A stretch of 32,607 bases of DNA, from NCBI GenBank assembly GCA_043772215.1, contig JAYVGK010000096.1:1-32607 (forward strand), read 5' to 3'. This stretch comes from Acidimicrobiales bacterium (GTDB lineage: Bacteria > Actinomycetota > Acidimicrobiia > Acidimicrobiales > JANYDT01). Positions 11,499-19,992 of the stretch are shown here, one piece after another; positions within the stretch are counted from its first letter, which is position 1, and every line of letters begins with the position of its first letter. The position numbers and the translations under genes are program-made. Under the pieces are notes generated by a model. That model was not told where the DNA came from. It made no database searches and worked only from the letters and a program-made list of their open reading frames with translations.

Positions 11499-12897
11499 TC
11501 TGGCTGGCCGCCGAATCGTGGTGTGGGGGGCGGGCGCAGAGGGTGCGGCGGCGCTGCGGTTACTGCAGCACTGGGCGCCTCCCCGATCGCTGTATGTGGT
11601 GGTGGACGAAGGCGGTACCACCGCCCCCACTCGACTCGAAGGGGTGGAGGTGCTCACCGCTGGTGGCGCCGATGTTCAATCGGTGTTGGAGAACACCGAG
11701 GTGGTGCTGAAGTCGCCCGGCGTATCTCCCTACCACGGCGCTCTGCATCAGTTGCTGGAGCAGCACCGCCACATCGTATGTACAGGGGGTACTCAGGTGT
11801 GGTTCGCAGAGGCCGCCGCCCACGGGGCACTGGCGCGCACCGTGGCTGTCACGGGCAGTAAAGGCAAGAGCACCACCAGTTCGCTCATTGCCGCTTTGCT
11901 GCAGGGGTGTGGACGTCAGGTGGTGCTGGCCGGAAACGTGGGCCGCGCCCCCCTCGATGTGCTGGCCGCCGGGTTGGAGGCGGGCCAAGCCTTTCCGGCC
12001 GGGCAATGGCATGTATTGGAATTGTCGAGCTTTCAGGCCGCTGAGGTCCAGCACTCTCCGTTAATAGGTGTGCTTACGGCCTTGTTTCCCGAGCACTTGG
12101 ATTGGCACCTCACCGTGCAGCGCTACTACGCAGACAAGCTCAACCTGTTTCGCCATGGCGTGGGTGTGTCGGTGGCCAACCTGGCCAACGCCGATGTGGC
12201 CCGGTTGGCAACGGAGCTCTACAACCTGCAGGGCTACAACATCGAAAGCGCTGTTCATCCAAAGAATGGCTGCATCGTGGACGGTGACGGCGTAGTGGTG
12301 GTTGACGTCGGGGTATCGCCACTGCTCGGTCTACACAACTTTCAAAATTTGTGCGGTGCCCTCACCGCGGTCGCCGCAGCAGGTATCGACCTGAAACAAG
12401 CGGCCACCCGGGATGCCATCGCCACTGCGTTGGCGAAGTTCCAACCGTTGACCCACCGCCTAGAACCGGTAGGGACAGTGGGTGGTCGTTTGGTGGTCGA
12501 CGATGGCCTGTCCACGGCCCCGGAGGCGGCCATGGCGGCCTTGGCCACCTACGCCGACACGCCGGTGGGGATCATCGTGGGAGGTCACGACCGGGGACTG
12601 GATTATCACCGTCTGGCACTGGCAGTGTCCCAACGAACGGAGTCCACCTGGGTGGTGGGAGTTCCCCAGAGCGGTGAGCGAATCGTGGCCGCCATTGGCG
12701 ATGCGTGCACAAAAGTGGCCAACGCCAACGTGCATACGTCGTTCGTGTCGGACTTCGACGAGGCGGTAGGCGCTCTCGATGCTTTGGTACCCGAGGGCGG
12801 GGTCATCCTGCTCTCGCCGGCCGCGCCCTCCTTCGGTCGCTTCCGAAATTATCAAGAACGCAGCGCCCGCTTTCGCGAGTTGCTGGGCTTGCGCTGA
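11479..12897 (+). CDS. murD2: MurD-family UDP-N-acetylmuramoyl-L-alanine--glutamate ligase, probably the L-Glu-adding MurD2 type
   Basis: VAVTGSKGKSTTSS P-loop, ELSSFQ, FPEHLDWH and HRLE motifs of Mur ligases. N-terminal Rossmann-like VVWGAGAEG as in MurD. GTG at 11479 or ATG at 11485 overlaps the murL end. The MurD2 versus MurD call rests only on pairing with murL. Confidence 0.8.
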   Translation: MSMRLADLAGRRIVVWGAGAEGAAALRLLQHWAPPRSLYVVVDEGGTTAPTRLEGVEVLTAGGADVQSVLENTEVVLKSPGVSPYHGALHQLLEQHRHIVCTGGTQVWFAEAAAHGALARTVAVTGSKGKSTTSSLIAALLQGCGRQVVLAGNVGRAPLDVLAAGLEAGQAFPAGQWHVLELSSFQAAEVQHSPLIGVLTALFPEHLDWHLTVQRYYADKLNLFRHGVGVSVANLANADVARLATELYNLQGYNIESAVHPKNGCIVDGDGVVVVDVGVSPLLGLHNFQNLCGALTAVAAAGIDLKQAATRDAIATALAKFQPLTHRLEPVGTVGGRLVVDDGLSTAPEAAMAALATYADTPVGIIVGGHDRGLDYHRLALAVSQRTESTWVVGVPQSGERIVAAIGDACTKVANANVHTSFVSDFDEAVGALDALVPEGGVILLSPAAPSFGRFRNYQERSARFRELLGLR

Positions 12898-15800
12898 TGG
12901 CCAGCCAAGTTTCTGCTGGATGGCTGCGTCTCCTCGGACGAGTGATACGGCCGCACCGCCGTCACGCGTTGGTGTCGTTCACGGCGGCAGCGCTGGCAGT
13001 GGTTGCCACGCTGGCCACGCCACTGGTGATTGCCCGTGTTCTTGATCGGAGGGGCAACCTCCGCACCAACATCGCAATACTGGCTGTACTGGCAGTCATA
13101 CGCGCGCTGATGATCTATCTGCGGCGCTGGTATGCCGGGGTGATGTCGGCCAGTGTGGAGTCCGACCTGCGGCGCATGGTTCATGACCACCTGCAGACGC
13201 TTGATCCCCTCACCCATGACTCGTTGGCTCAAGGACAGGTGGTGTCGAGAGCCAACACCGATGTCAGCACCATTGGCGGCCTGCTGTCGTTTGCGCCGTT
13301 GCTGTCGTCGAACTTCGTACAGTTGGTTTTGTCGTTTGTGGTGATGGCCAGTCTGTCGATACCACTCACCGGCATTGCCGTGGTGATGCTGCCGGTGCTG
13401 TACGTGATTGGCGCACAACTGCGGAAATGGTCGTTCCCGGCCAACCTCGACGCGCAAGCTCAGGTGGGGGTGCTCACCACCATTGCCGAGGAGGCCATCA
13501 GCGGGGTCCGGGTGGTGAAGGGTTTTGGACAGGAAGGGCGCGAGGTGGCGCGTATGGAGGTGGCGGCTCGGCGGCTGCTCGGTAGTCGCGGTCGCGCCAT
13601 TCGAGTCAATGCCCGTTGGTCGCCGCTGCTACAAGGCGTTCCCGTGGTGGGACTGGTGGCGGTGTTGGCAGCGGGTGGACAACTGGTGGTGGACGGAAAC
13701 ATCACGGTGGGCACCCTCGTAGCGTTCGTCACGTATCTCGGCCAGCTTGGTGGTCCCATCCGCCTCGCTGGTGCCGTCATCACCATTTCCCAGCAGGCCC
13801 GCGCTGGCATCGAGCGCATCTTTGAATTGCTGGATGTGGCACCACGTATCACCGACGCCCCCGACGCTGACGTGTTGCCACCGGGCCCGGGCACCGTTCA
13901 ACTGAGTCACGTATCGGTGGTGTACCCGGGTGGCGGTACTGCTCTTGACGACGTGTCGCTGCGCATCGAAGCGGGAGAGCGGGTGGCGCTGGTGGGTACC
14001 AGTGGTTCCGGTAAGTCCACGCTGGCGTTGTTGCTGCCCCGGTTCGTGGAGGCGCAGGGCGGCAGTGTGCGGGTGGACGGCCGAGACGTTCGTGAGGTCA
14101 CACTCACCTCGCTGCGAGAGCGTATCGGGATGGTGTTCGAAGATGCATTTCTGTTCTCCTCGTCACTGCGTAACAACATTGCCTATGGGCAACCGGAATC
14201 CACCGATCTGCAGGTCCGTCGAGCGGCGCAGCAGGCTCAAGCCACCTCGTTCATCGAGGCCCTTCCGGAAGGTTTCGACACCGTGGTGGGGGAGCAGGGA
14301 TTGACCTTGTCGGGTGGGCAACGCCAACGGATCAGTATTGCCCGGGCGTTGCTGCGCCAACCCCAGATCCTGCTGCTCGATGACGCCACCTCGGCCCTGG
14401 ACTCCCAAACCGAGCACGAGGTGCATGAGGCACTGCGGGAGCTTATGCAGGGCCGCACGGTGTTACTCGTGGCCCATCGTCGATCCACCATCAACCTGGC
14501 CACGCGAGTGGTGGTGCTGGAGCACGGACGGATCATCGATGACGGCACCCACGATGAACTCATGGCCCGGTGTCGTACCTATCGTGTGTTGGTGGCGGGC
14601 GACGACGACGCCATGTCCGCGTCCGACGCTCCCCGAGCCTTACGCGTAACCGATACGCAACCGGTGCTCGACGTCCCGACGCTTGGCGCGCTGGTCGTGG
14701 GGGTAACGCGCCCAAGCGGTGGTTCGGGTGGTCCCGGTGCAGCGCGTGGGGCGGGTTTGGGGACGGGTGGCTTTGTGGCTGACACACCCGAAAATGTGGC
14801 CCGGATCAGTTCGCTTCCACCGCCGCGTGACCACCCGGCAGTTTCGGCCGAGGTAGCGGTGGCCAGTGCGGTCAGCGACTCTGATCAGTTCTCTTTACGA
14901 CGGTTCGTGCGACCCGAGATGGTTCCGCTGCTGCTGGGCTTGGGGCTGGTGGGAGTAGATACCGCTCTGCTGTTGGCCGGGCCACTGTTCGTACGCCATG
15001 GGCTCGATGCCGGCGTGGCCAAGCGCAACCTTGGCGCGCTGCGGGCGGCGTCGTTGGCGTACTTGGCGGTGGCCCTGGCCGATCTGGTGGTGTCGAGGGC
15101 TCAGACGATCCTGGTGGGCGTGGCCGGCGAGCGCGTGCTGTACCGGTTGCGCCTGCGGGTGTTTGGGCAGATGCAACGGCTATCGCTCGATTATTACGAG
15201 AAGGAAATGAGTGGTCGCCTCCTGACGCGTATCACCAGTGACGTAGACGCCTTGTCCAACCTGTTGCAGCAAGGAGTACTGAATTTGGTGGTGAATGCGC
15301 TCACCTTGGTGGGTGTAGCGGTGGTGTTGTTGCGCACCGATTGGCGCTTGGGGCTGGTGGCCATGTCGTGCTTTCCGTTGCTGGGCGTGGCCACGGTGTG
15401 GTTTCGGCGCAATTCTGAGCGGGCTTATGCCGTATCGCGCGAGCGCTTGGCAGGCGTGAATGCCAACCTGGCCGAGTCGTTGTCAGGAGTACGGGTGGTG
15501 CAGGCTTTTGGTCGGGAGCAACGAAACACCGAAGACTTCGCCGCCATGGTGCAACGACACCGACTGGCGCGCCTGGCCGGCCAACGGGCCACTTCGATTT
15601 ACTTCCCGCTGGTGGAATTGTGTGGCGTGGGATCCACTGCCGCCGTGCTGTGGGTGGGCACCCACCGGGTGTCGTCGGGGGTGATCACCACCGGAGCGCT
15701 GGCGGCATTCGTGCTGTATCTCAATCAGTTCTTTGCCCCGGTACAGCAACTGTCCACCGTGTTTGATGTGTGGCAACAGGCGGGAGCAGCCACTACCAAG

Positions 15801-16610
15801 TTGCGCGAGTTGTTGGCGGAGCAAACTGGCACGCCAGCAGCCGAGCACCCAATACAGCCGCCCGCCGACCAGCGTGCCGTTGGTCATATCCAAGCCACCA
15901 ATGTGCGCTTTGCCTACCGCCGTGGGGGCACCGAAGCCCTACGTGGAGTGGACCTCGAGATTGCCCCTGGGGAGACGGTGGCGTTGGTGGGGGAGACGGG
16001 CGCGGGCAAATCGACCCTCATGAAGCTCATCGCCCGCTACTACGACCCCACCTACGGCAGTGTGCGGTCCGGCGGCTTTGATTTGCGGACCCTCGATCTC
16101 GGTGGCTATCGACACCGGCTCGGCGTGGTTCCGCAAGAGCCGGTGTTGTTCACCGGCACCATCGCCCAGAACATTGCCTATGGCCAGCCCGACGCTTCGA
16201 TAGAGCGGATCCGCGCCGCCGCCGAAGCGGTAGGCGCTGACGAGATGATCAACGAGTTGCCTGATGCTTACGACACGGCCGTGGCTGCCCGAGGAAGGAC
16301 CCTGTCGTCGGGACAACGCCAGCTCATTGCGCTGGCACGCGCCCATCTCGTGGATCCGGCCGTCTTGCTTCTCGATGAGGCCACGTCCCAGTTGGATCTG
16401 GCCACCGAGGCCAAGGTGCAGGCAGCCATGGGCCTGTTGTCGCAGGGGCGTACCACGGTGCTCATTGCCCACCGCCTCGACACCGCTCGCAAGGCCGATC
16501 GTCTGGTGGTGATGGCCGACGGTCAGATCGTGGAAGTCGGGACCCACGACGCCCTGCTGGCGGAAAAGGGGCAGTACGCCAGGATGTGGGCGGCCGGAGC
16601 GCAACCGTAG
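12897..16610 (+). CDS. fused (TMD-NBD)x2 ABC exporter, 1237 aa, with one degenerate nucleotide-binding site
   Basis: ATG at 12897 overlaps the murD2 stop (TGATG). Half 1: GTSGSGKST, LSGGQRQR, LLLDDATSALD. Half 2: GETGAGKST, LSSGQRQL, LLLDEATSQLD. Two six-helix type I exporter TMDs are joined by a Gly/Ala/Ser-rich linker. Confidence 0.9.
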   Translation: MASQVSAGWLRLLGRVIRPHRRHALVSFTAAALAVVATLATPLVIARVLDRRGNLRTNIAILAVLAVIRALMIYLRRWYAGVMSASVESDLRRMVHDHLQTLDPLTHDSLAQGQVVSRANTDVSTIGGLLSFAPLLSSNFVQLVLSFVVMASLSIPLTGIAVVMLPVLYVIGAQLRKWSFPANLDAQAQVGVLTTIAEEAISGVRVVKGFGQEGREVARMEVAARRLLGSRGRAIRVNARWSPLLQGVPVVGLVAVLAAGGQLVVDGNITVGTLVAFVTYLGQLGGPIRLAGAVITISQQARAGIERIFELLDVAPRITDAPDADVLPPGPGTVQLSHVSVVYPGGGTALDDVSLRIEAGERVALVGTSGSGKSTLALLLPRFVEAQGGSVRVDGRDVREVTLTSLRERIGMVFEDAFLFSSSLRNNIAYGQPESTDLQVRRAAQQAQATSFIEALPEGFDTVVGEQGLTLSGGQRQRISIARALLRQPQILLLDDATSALDSQTEHEVHEALRELMQGRTVLLVAHRRSTINLATRVVVLEHGRIIDDGTHDELMARCRTYRVLVAGDDDAMSASDAPRALRVTDTQPVLDVPTLGALVVGVTRPSGGSGGPGAARGAGLGTGGFVADTPENVARISSLPPPRDHPAVSAEVAVASAVSDSDQFSLRRFVRPEMVPLLLGLGLVGVDTALLLAGPLFVRHGLDAGVAKRNLGALRAASLAYLAVALADLVVSRAQTILVGVAGERVLYRLRLRVFGQMQRLSLDYYEKEMSGRLLTRITSDVDALSNLLQQGVLNLVVNALTLVGVAVVLLRTDWRLGLVAMSCFPLLGVATVWFRRNSERAYAVSRERLAGVNANLAESLSGVRVVQAFGREQRNTEDFAAMVQRHRLARLAGQRATSIYFPLVELCGVGSTAAVLWVGTHRVSSGVITTGALAAFVLYLNQFFAPVQQLSTVFDVWQQAGAATTKLRELLAEQTGTPAAEHPIQPPADQRAVGHIQATNVRFAYRRGGTEALRGVDLEIAPGETVALVGETGAGKSTLMKLIARYYDPTYGSVRSGGFDLRTLDLGGYRHRLGVVPQEPVLFTGTIAQNIAYGQPDASIERIRAAAEAVGADEMINELPDAYDTAVAARGRTLSSGQRQLIALARAHLVDPAVLLLDEATSQLDLATEAKVQAAMGLLSQGRTTVLIAHRLDTARKADRLVVMADGQIVEVGTHDALLAEKGQYARMWAAGAQP

Positions 16611-16644
16611 GAGCGCGACCGAAGGAGTACAACCGTAGGCGCGC

Positions 16645-18918
16645 TTAGCGGTGCGTGACTTCTTGTACGGATGAAGTGGGACCGGGGATGCTGGACGACC
16701 ACACGATGGTGCCCGCTGCGGTGCGACAGGTTGCGGTCGCTGGCGCCAAGCCCACATTGGTGGAAATCACCACGACTTTCCCGGACCGCATTCGACGCGC
16801 CACTGTGCCTGTAGTGCAGCGATATTGGAATGCCGGGGCTGACGTGGTCCAGAGATTCCTCCACCACGTGACCATGGCTGATGTGGTGGAGGGCTCCGGG
16901 TCCGGTCCTGCCAGCGGGCCCCGCCCAGCCACAGCGGCGTCGCTATCGAGCAGGTTTGACCAACGCGTCTGGCATCCCCCATTCGAGTCGCACCACGTCC
17001 AGCGCCTACGAGCCGACTCCAGCGTGGCGTCATCGAAGTAACGGCTCAAGCTCATGGGACCGAGGGGTAGCAGGCGAATACCCAGAGCCGATTCAGGGGC
17101 CGGATCGAACCAGGTTCCGTTGTCGGTTTTTGCTGACCAGACGACACCAGACCACGGTCGCATCTTGGGATCAGACTGGGGTTGGTTTGGCAACCAATCG
17201 GTGGCCATCACGTGGGATTCGATGGTGAGCATGGCGATGAATCGTTCGGCCAATTGCGGTCGACCGGTGGCTAGATACCATCGTGCCGCAGCCCATAGCG
17301 CGAAGTTGCTTTCGCTGCTCGACTCCAAGTTGTTGCCATCTGCAAATTGGGCAATGCCGGAGGCCCACGTATGTCCGTCATAGGGATTCCAGGTGCCGTA
17401 TCGATCGAGTTGGGTGCCGGCTCGGCCGGTCCCACCGTAGTCGTTGACCAACAAGTCAATGGTGGCTGAGAGCCATGAGGAGGACGATGGGTCGTGCTCC
17501 ACGATGATCGATGCAGCGGCCACCCAATACCCGTACTGGAGTTGATGATCGTTGAGTTCGGTGAGGGAGCCGAATTCTGCTGGCTCGATGACGGCCTTAC
17601 CCCACGCTGGTTCCCATCGGAGATTCGGCGGTTCTATCGGATCAATCAGTGCACGCAGAATGTCCTCGGCGCGCTTACGGTATTCATCAGCGCTGGCCGT
17701 GTCACTGGTCAGCAGACTTCCCATGGCTGCTTGGGCCACGCTCTTTCCGCCAAAGTACGAACCACGCGAAATTGTTTCGAGGGGCTCTGGCGGCGGGAGC
17801 GCTTCAGTGAACGCAGCCGCCTTTCCTGAATTGTCGAGAGCGACGGGGCGCCACAGGATGGGTACCGGCGCGTAACGCAAGGTGAGCGCCGCCCGCTCCA
17901 GGATCGGCACCACGCCATTGACCGTGGAGAGATGCCCAACCATCGATGTGTCGACAGCGGGTGTGACCGTGTCGAGTTGATGAGGTCCGAGCGTCCAGAG
18001 ATACGTGGCGGCGCGACGCGTGCGGAGTTGGGTCAGCACCTGCTCCACCGATCCGTCTTTGGCCATGCGCAGTGTCTCCGTGGTGTCGACAATGCGATTG
18101 GTGACGAGGCTCACCGCATGTTTGCGGTAGTTCTGACCAGCGTCGATTGGAACTGGCCCGGCTACAAGGCGGCCACCGGTGGCGGGCCAACTGAACGCCA
18201 TGGATGTGCCGTCTACCGCAACCCTGGTTCCGGGCGTTGCCGCGAACACCCATCGGCCCCGAGAGGTGGCAATCACGATCCCTGTTTCGAGGGCTCGTAG
18301 AACAGAAAACGCGTTTCGATCGCCGGGCCCTTTTGGTCCCGCAGGGACGGTCAAGTAGAGGGTGGCGTTTCCCTCGAACTCCAAGAAGGGAGAACCTTGA
18401 ACCATCGACAGTGAGGTTGCACCAGTTGGTGAGTCGTATCGCCAGGTGGCGTGAAACGCGCCCGCCGAGGTGACCACAGGAGGTGTAGTGAACGCCGCAG
18501 TGACCACCGGGCTGGTATCAGCGTTCCACGTACCATCGGGGAGGTTGTTCCGCGTTGGTACTGAAAATTCGGTGGTGCCGGTGGGAGCCACCCGTGCCGC
18601 CAGCGGTAGCGGGAACACTCCTGCTGAACCCTGGCCCACCGACAGCGCCGACCACCAAGTATTGGTTCGTATGCCTGCCGTGGAACCACCCCAACCTACT
18701 GGGGCTACCGGTCGATCGACCGATGGGGGCTCGAGCGCAATCCCATCCACGATCGGCGGTACCGACCGATCGGGACTGGGCGACGGTGCTGGCGTGGTGG
18801 TGGCCCAAGCAAAACGCTGCGTTGTTCTCGGTTTCGATGACAGCATCCAAACGCCGATCCCAGCACCCCCGGCCAGAAGCATGGTGGCGAGCCCAGCCGT
18901 ACAGACCTTACCAATCAT
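16645..18918 (-). CDS. glycoside hydrolase family 81 endo-beta-1,3-glucanase, N-terminally membrane-anchored or secreted
   Basis: N-terminal hydrophobic segment GLATMLLAGGAGIGVWML. LNDHQLQYGYWVAAAS matches the GH81 NDHHFHYGY block. DGNNLESSSESNFALWAAARWY matches the GH81 catalytic E-S-S-S-E block. Confidence 0.8.
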   Translation of the reverse strand: MIGKVCTAGLATMLLAGGAGIGVWMLSSKPRTTQRFAWATTTPAPSPSPDRSVPPIVDGIALEPPSVDRPVAPVGWGGSTAGIRTNTWWSALSVGQGSAGVFPLPLAARVAPTGTTEFSVPTRNNLPDGTWNADTSPVVTAAFTTPPVVTSAGAFHATWRYDSPTGATSLSMVQGSPFLEFEGNATLYLTVPAGPKGPGDRNAFSVLRALETGIVIATSRGRWVFAATPGTRVAVDGTSMAFSWPATGGRLVAGPVPIDAGQNYRKHAVSLVTNRIVDTTETLRMAKDGSVEQVLTQLRTRRAATYLWTLGPHQLDTVTPAVDTSMVGHLSTVNGVVPILERAALTLRYAPVPILWRPVALDNSGKAAAFTEALPPPEPLETISRGSYFGGKSVAQAAMGSLLTSDTASADEYRKRAEDILRALIDPIEPPNLRWEPAWGKAVIEPAEFGSLTELNDHQLQYGYWVAAASIIVEHDPSSSSWLSATIDLLVNDYGGTGRAGTQLDRYGTWNPYDGHTWASGIAQFADGNNLESSSESNFALWAAARWYLATGRPQLAERFIAMLTIESHVMATDWLPNQPQSDPKMRPWSGVVWSAKTDNGTWFDPAPESALGIRLLPLGPMSLSRYFDDATLESARRRWTWCDSNGGCQTRWSNLLDSDAAVAGRGPLAGPDPEPSTTSAMVTWWRNLWTTSAPAFQYRCTTGTVARRMRSGKVVVISTNVGLAPATATCRTAAGTIVWSSSIPGPTSSVQEVTHR

Positions 18919-18921
18919 GAC

Positions 18922-19992
18922 TTAACGCGGTTGGCTGGTGGAAACTGGCGAACTGGGTGCCACTGATGTGACCGCTCCGGTAAATCCGGTGCCCGTCCTG
19001 AGATTTGTCTGTCCCTTGGGTGCCTCCACAGTGAAGACCAATTTAGGCGCATCTTTGGGCACTGACTTCAGGTCGATCCTGGCATCAAAGCGAACGCCAG
19101 GCACTAATTCCGACATCCGTTCTTCGTCTGGTTTGATTCGAATATTGACCAGCTTGGCCGTGGTGGGACTGTGGTCGGTCCCCAAGAGCGGGACCGCTGA
19201 AATCACTGTTCCGGCGATCGGTTTTGACAACACGTCTGAAATCAGAGTGGCCCGCATCCCTCGCCGCAGAAGAATGAGGGTTGCCGGTTGCACAGTGACG
19301 ATGACGTACATGCGGCGCGGGTCATACACGGTGGCCACAGGGTTACCTGGATAGGCCACACCGCCCTCGAGTTGATCCACCGACGCAAATCGGGCGTCGA
19401 ACGGGACGGAAAGAATGGTCGACTCGTTAGAGAGGCCGTCGCGGCTGTATCCCTCTACTCGTGCAATGGGTGTTCCAGCTGGAAGATCGGAGTCGGGAAG
19501 CACTGATGCGTCGACAAACAGTTCTTTGATCACGGCGGGACGGGTGGGGGCAACCTGGACACCTTGTGCTGATAAAACACCGTCGCGCAACAAAACGGTG
19601 TTGATCGTGGTCAGTCGAAAATGGACTTGGGGCAAAATGATCCACGCCAGGAGGGCCATGATGCAAGCACTGGCCGCCAACGACATCACACGCGACACCA
19701 GCGCGTTGCCTGGGCGTGCCACCGGAGCGAAGGGCTTTTCGCTGGGATCGATCCAGGTGCGTTGCAACCGCGATGTCGGTTGTGCTCGGCGGTGCCCGCC
19801 GTACTCTGTGTAGTCGTCGAGCTCGAAGCGGTCGTCGAGTCTTGTGTACCTAGAGTTGCCGGGTGGTTCAATACTTGAGCGCCGTCGTTCAGGCGGGGCG
19901 GTTGGCTTGGTTGGTGACGCTGAATCTCTTTCAGTGAGCCGACGACCCTCTCTGAGAAGATCGGCTAGAGCGTCGTCAAGCTGCATTGTCAT
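18922..19992 (-). CDS. single-pass membrane protein with HlyD/membrane-fusion-protein-like beta-barrel ectodomain (no long coiled-coil hairpin)
   Basis: About 110-aa charged, low-complexity cytoplasmic N-terminus, then one TM helix (VMSLAASACIMALLAWIIL). Lipoyl-like and beta-barrel-like segments follow (AGTPIARVE, YVIVTVQP, LRRGMRATLISD, VNIRIKP). Overlaps the GT2 stop by 17 nt and ends 3 nt before the GH81 start. Confidence 0.5.
   Translation of the reverse strand: MTMQLDDALADLLREGRRLTERDSASPTKPTAPPERRRSSIEPPGNSRYTRLDDRFELDDYTEYGGHRRAQPTSRLQRTWIDPSEKPFAPVARPGNALVSRVMSLAASACIMALLAWIILPQVHFRLTTINTVLLRDGVLSAQGVQVAPTRPAVIKELFVDASVLPDSDLPAGTPIARVEGYSRDGLSNESTILSVPFDARFASVDQLEGGVAYPGNPVATVYDPRRMYVIVTVQPATLILLRRGMRATLISDVLSKPIAGTVISAVPLLGTDHSPTTAKLVNIRIKPDEERMSELVPGVRFDARIDLKSVPKDAPKLVFTVEAPKGQTNLRTGTGFTGAVTSVAPSSPVSTSQPR

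Noticed and set aside
16602-16639. 10-nt direct repeat CAACCGTAGG (16602-16611 and 16630-16639) between the convergent ABC exporter and GH81 genes, and possible terminator
   Set aside because: The repeat is short. The first copy is simply the end of the ABC gene including its TAG. The only pairing (AGCGCG/CGCGCT with a loop of about 22 nt) is too weak to call a terminator.
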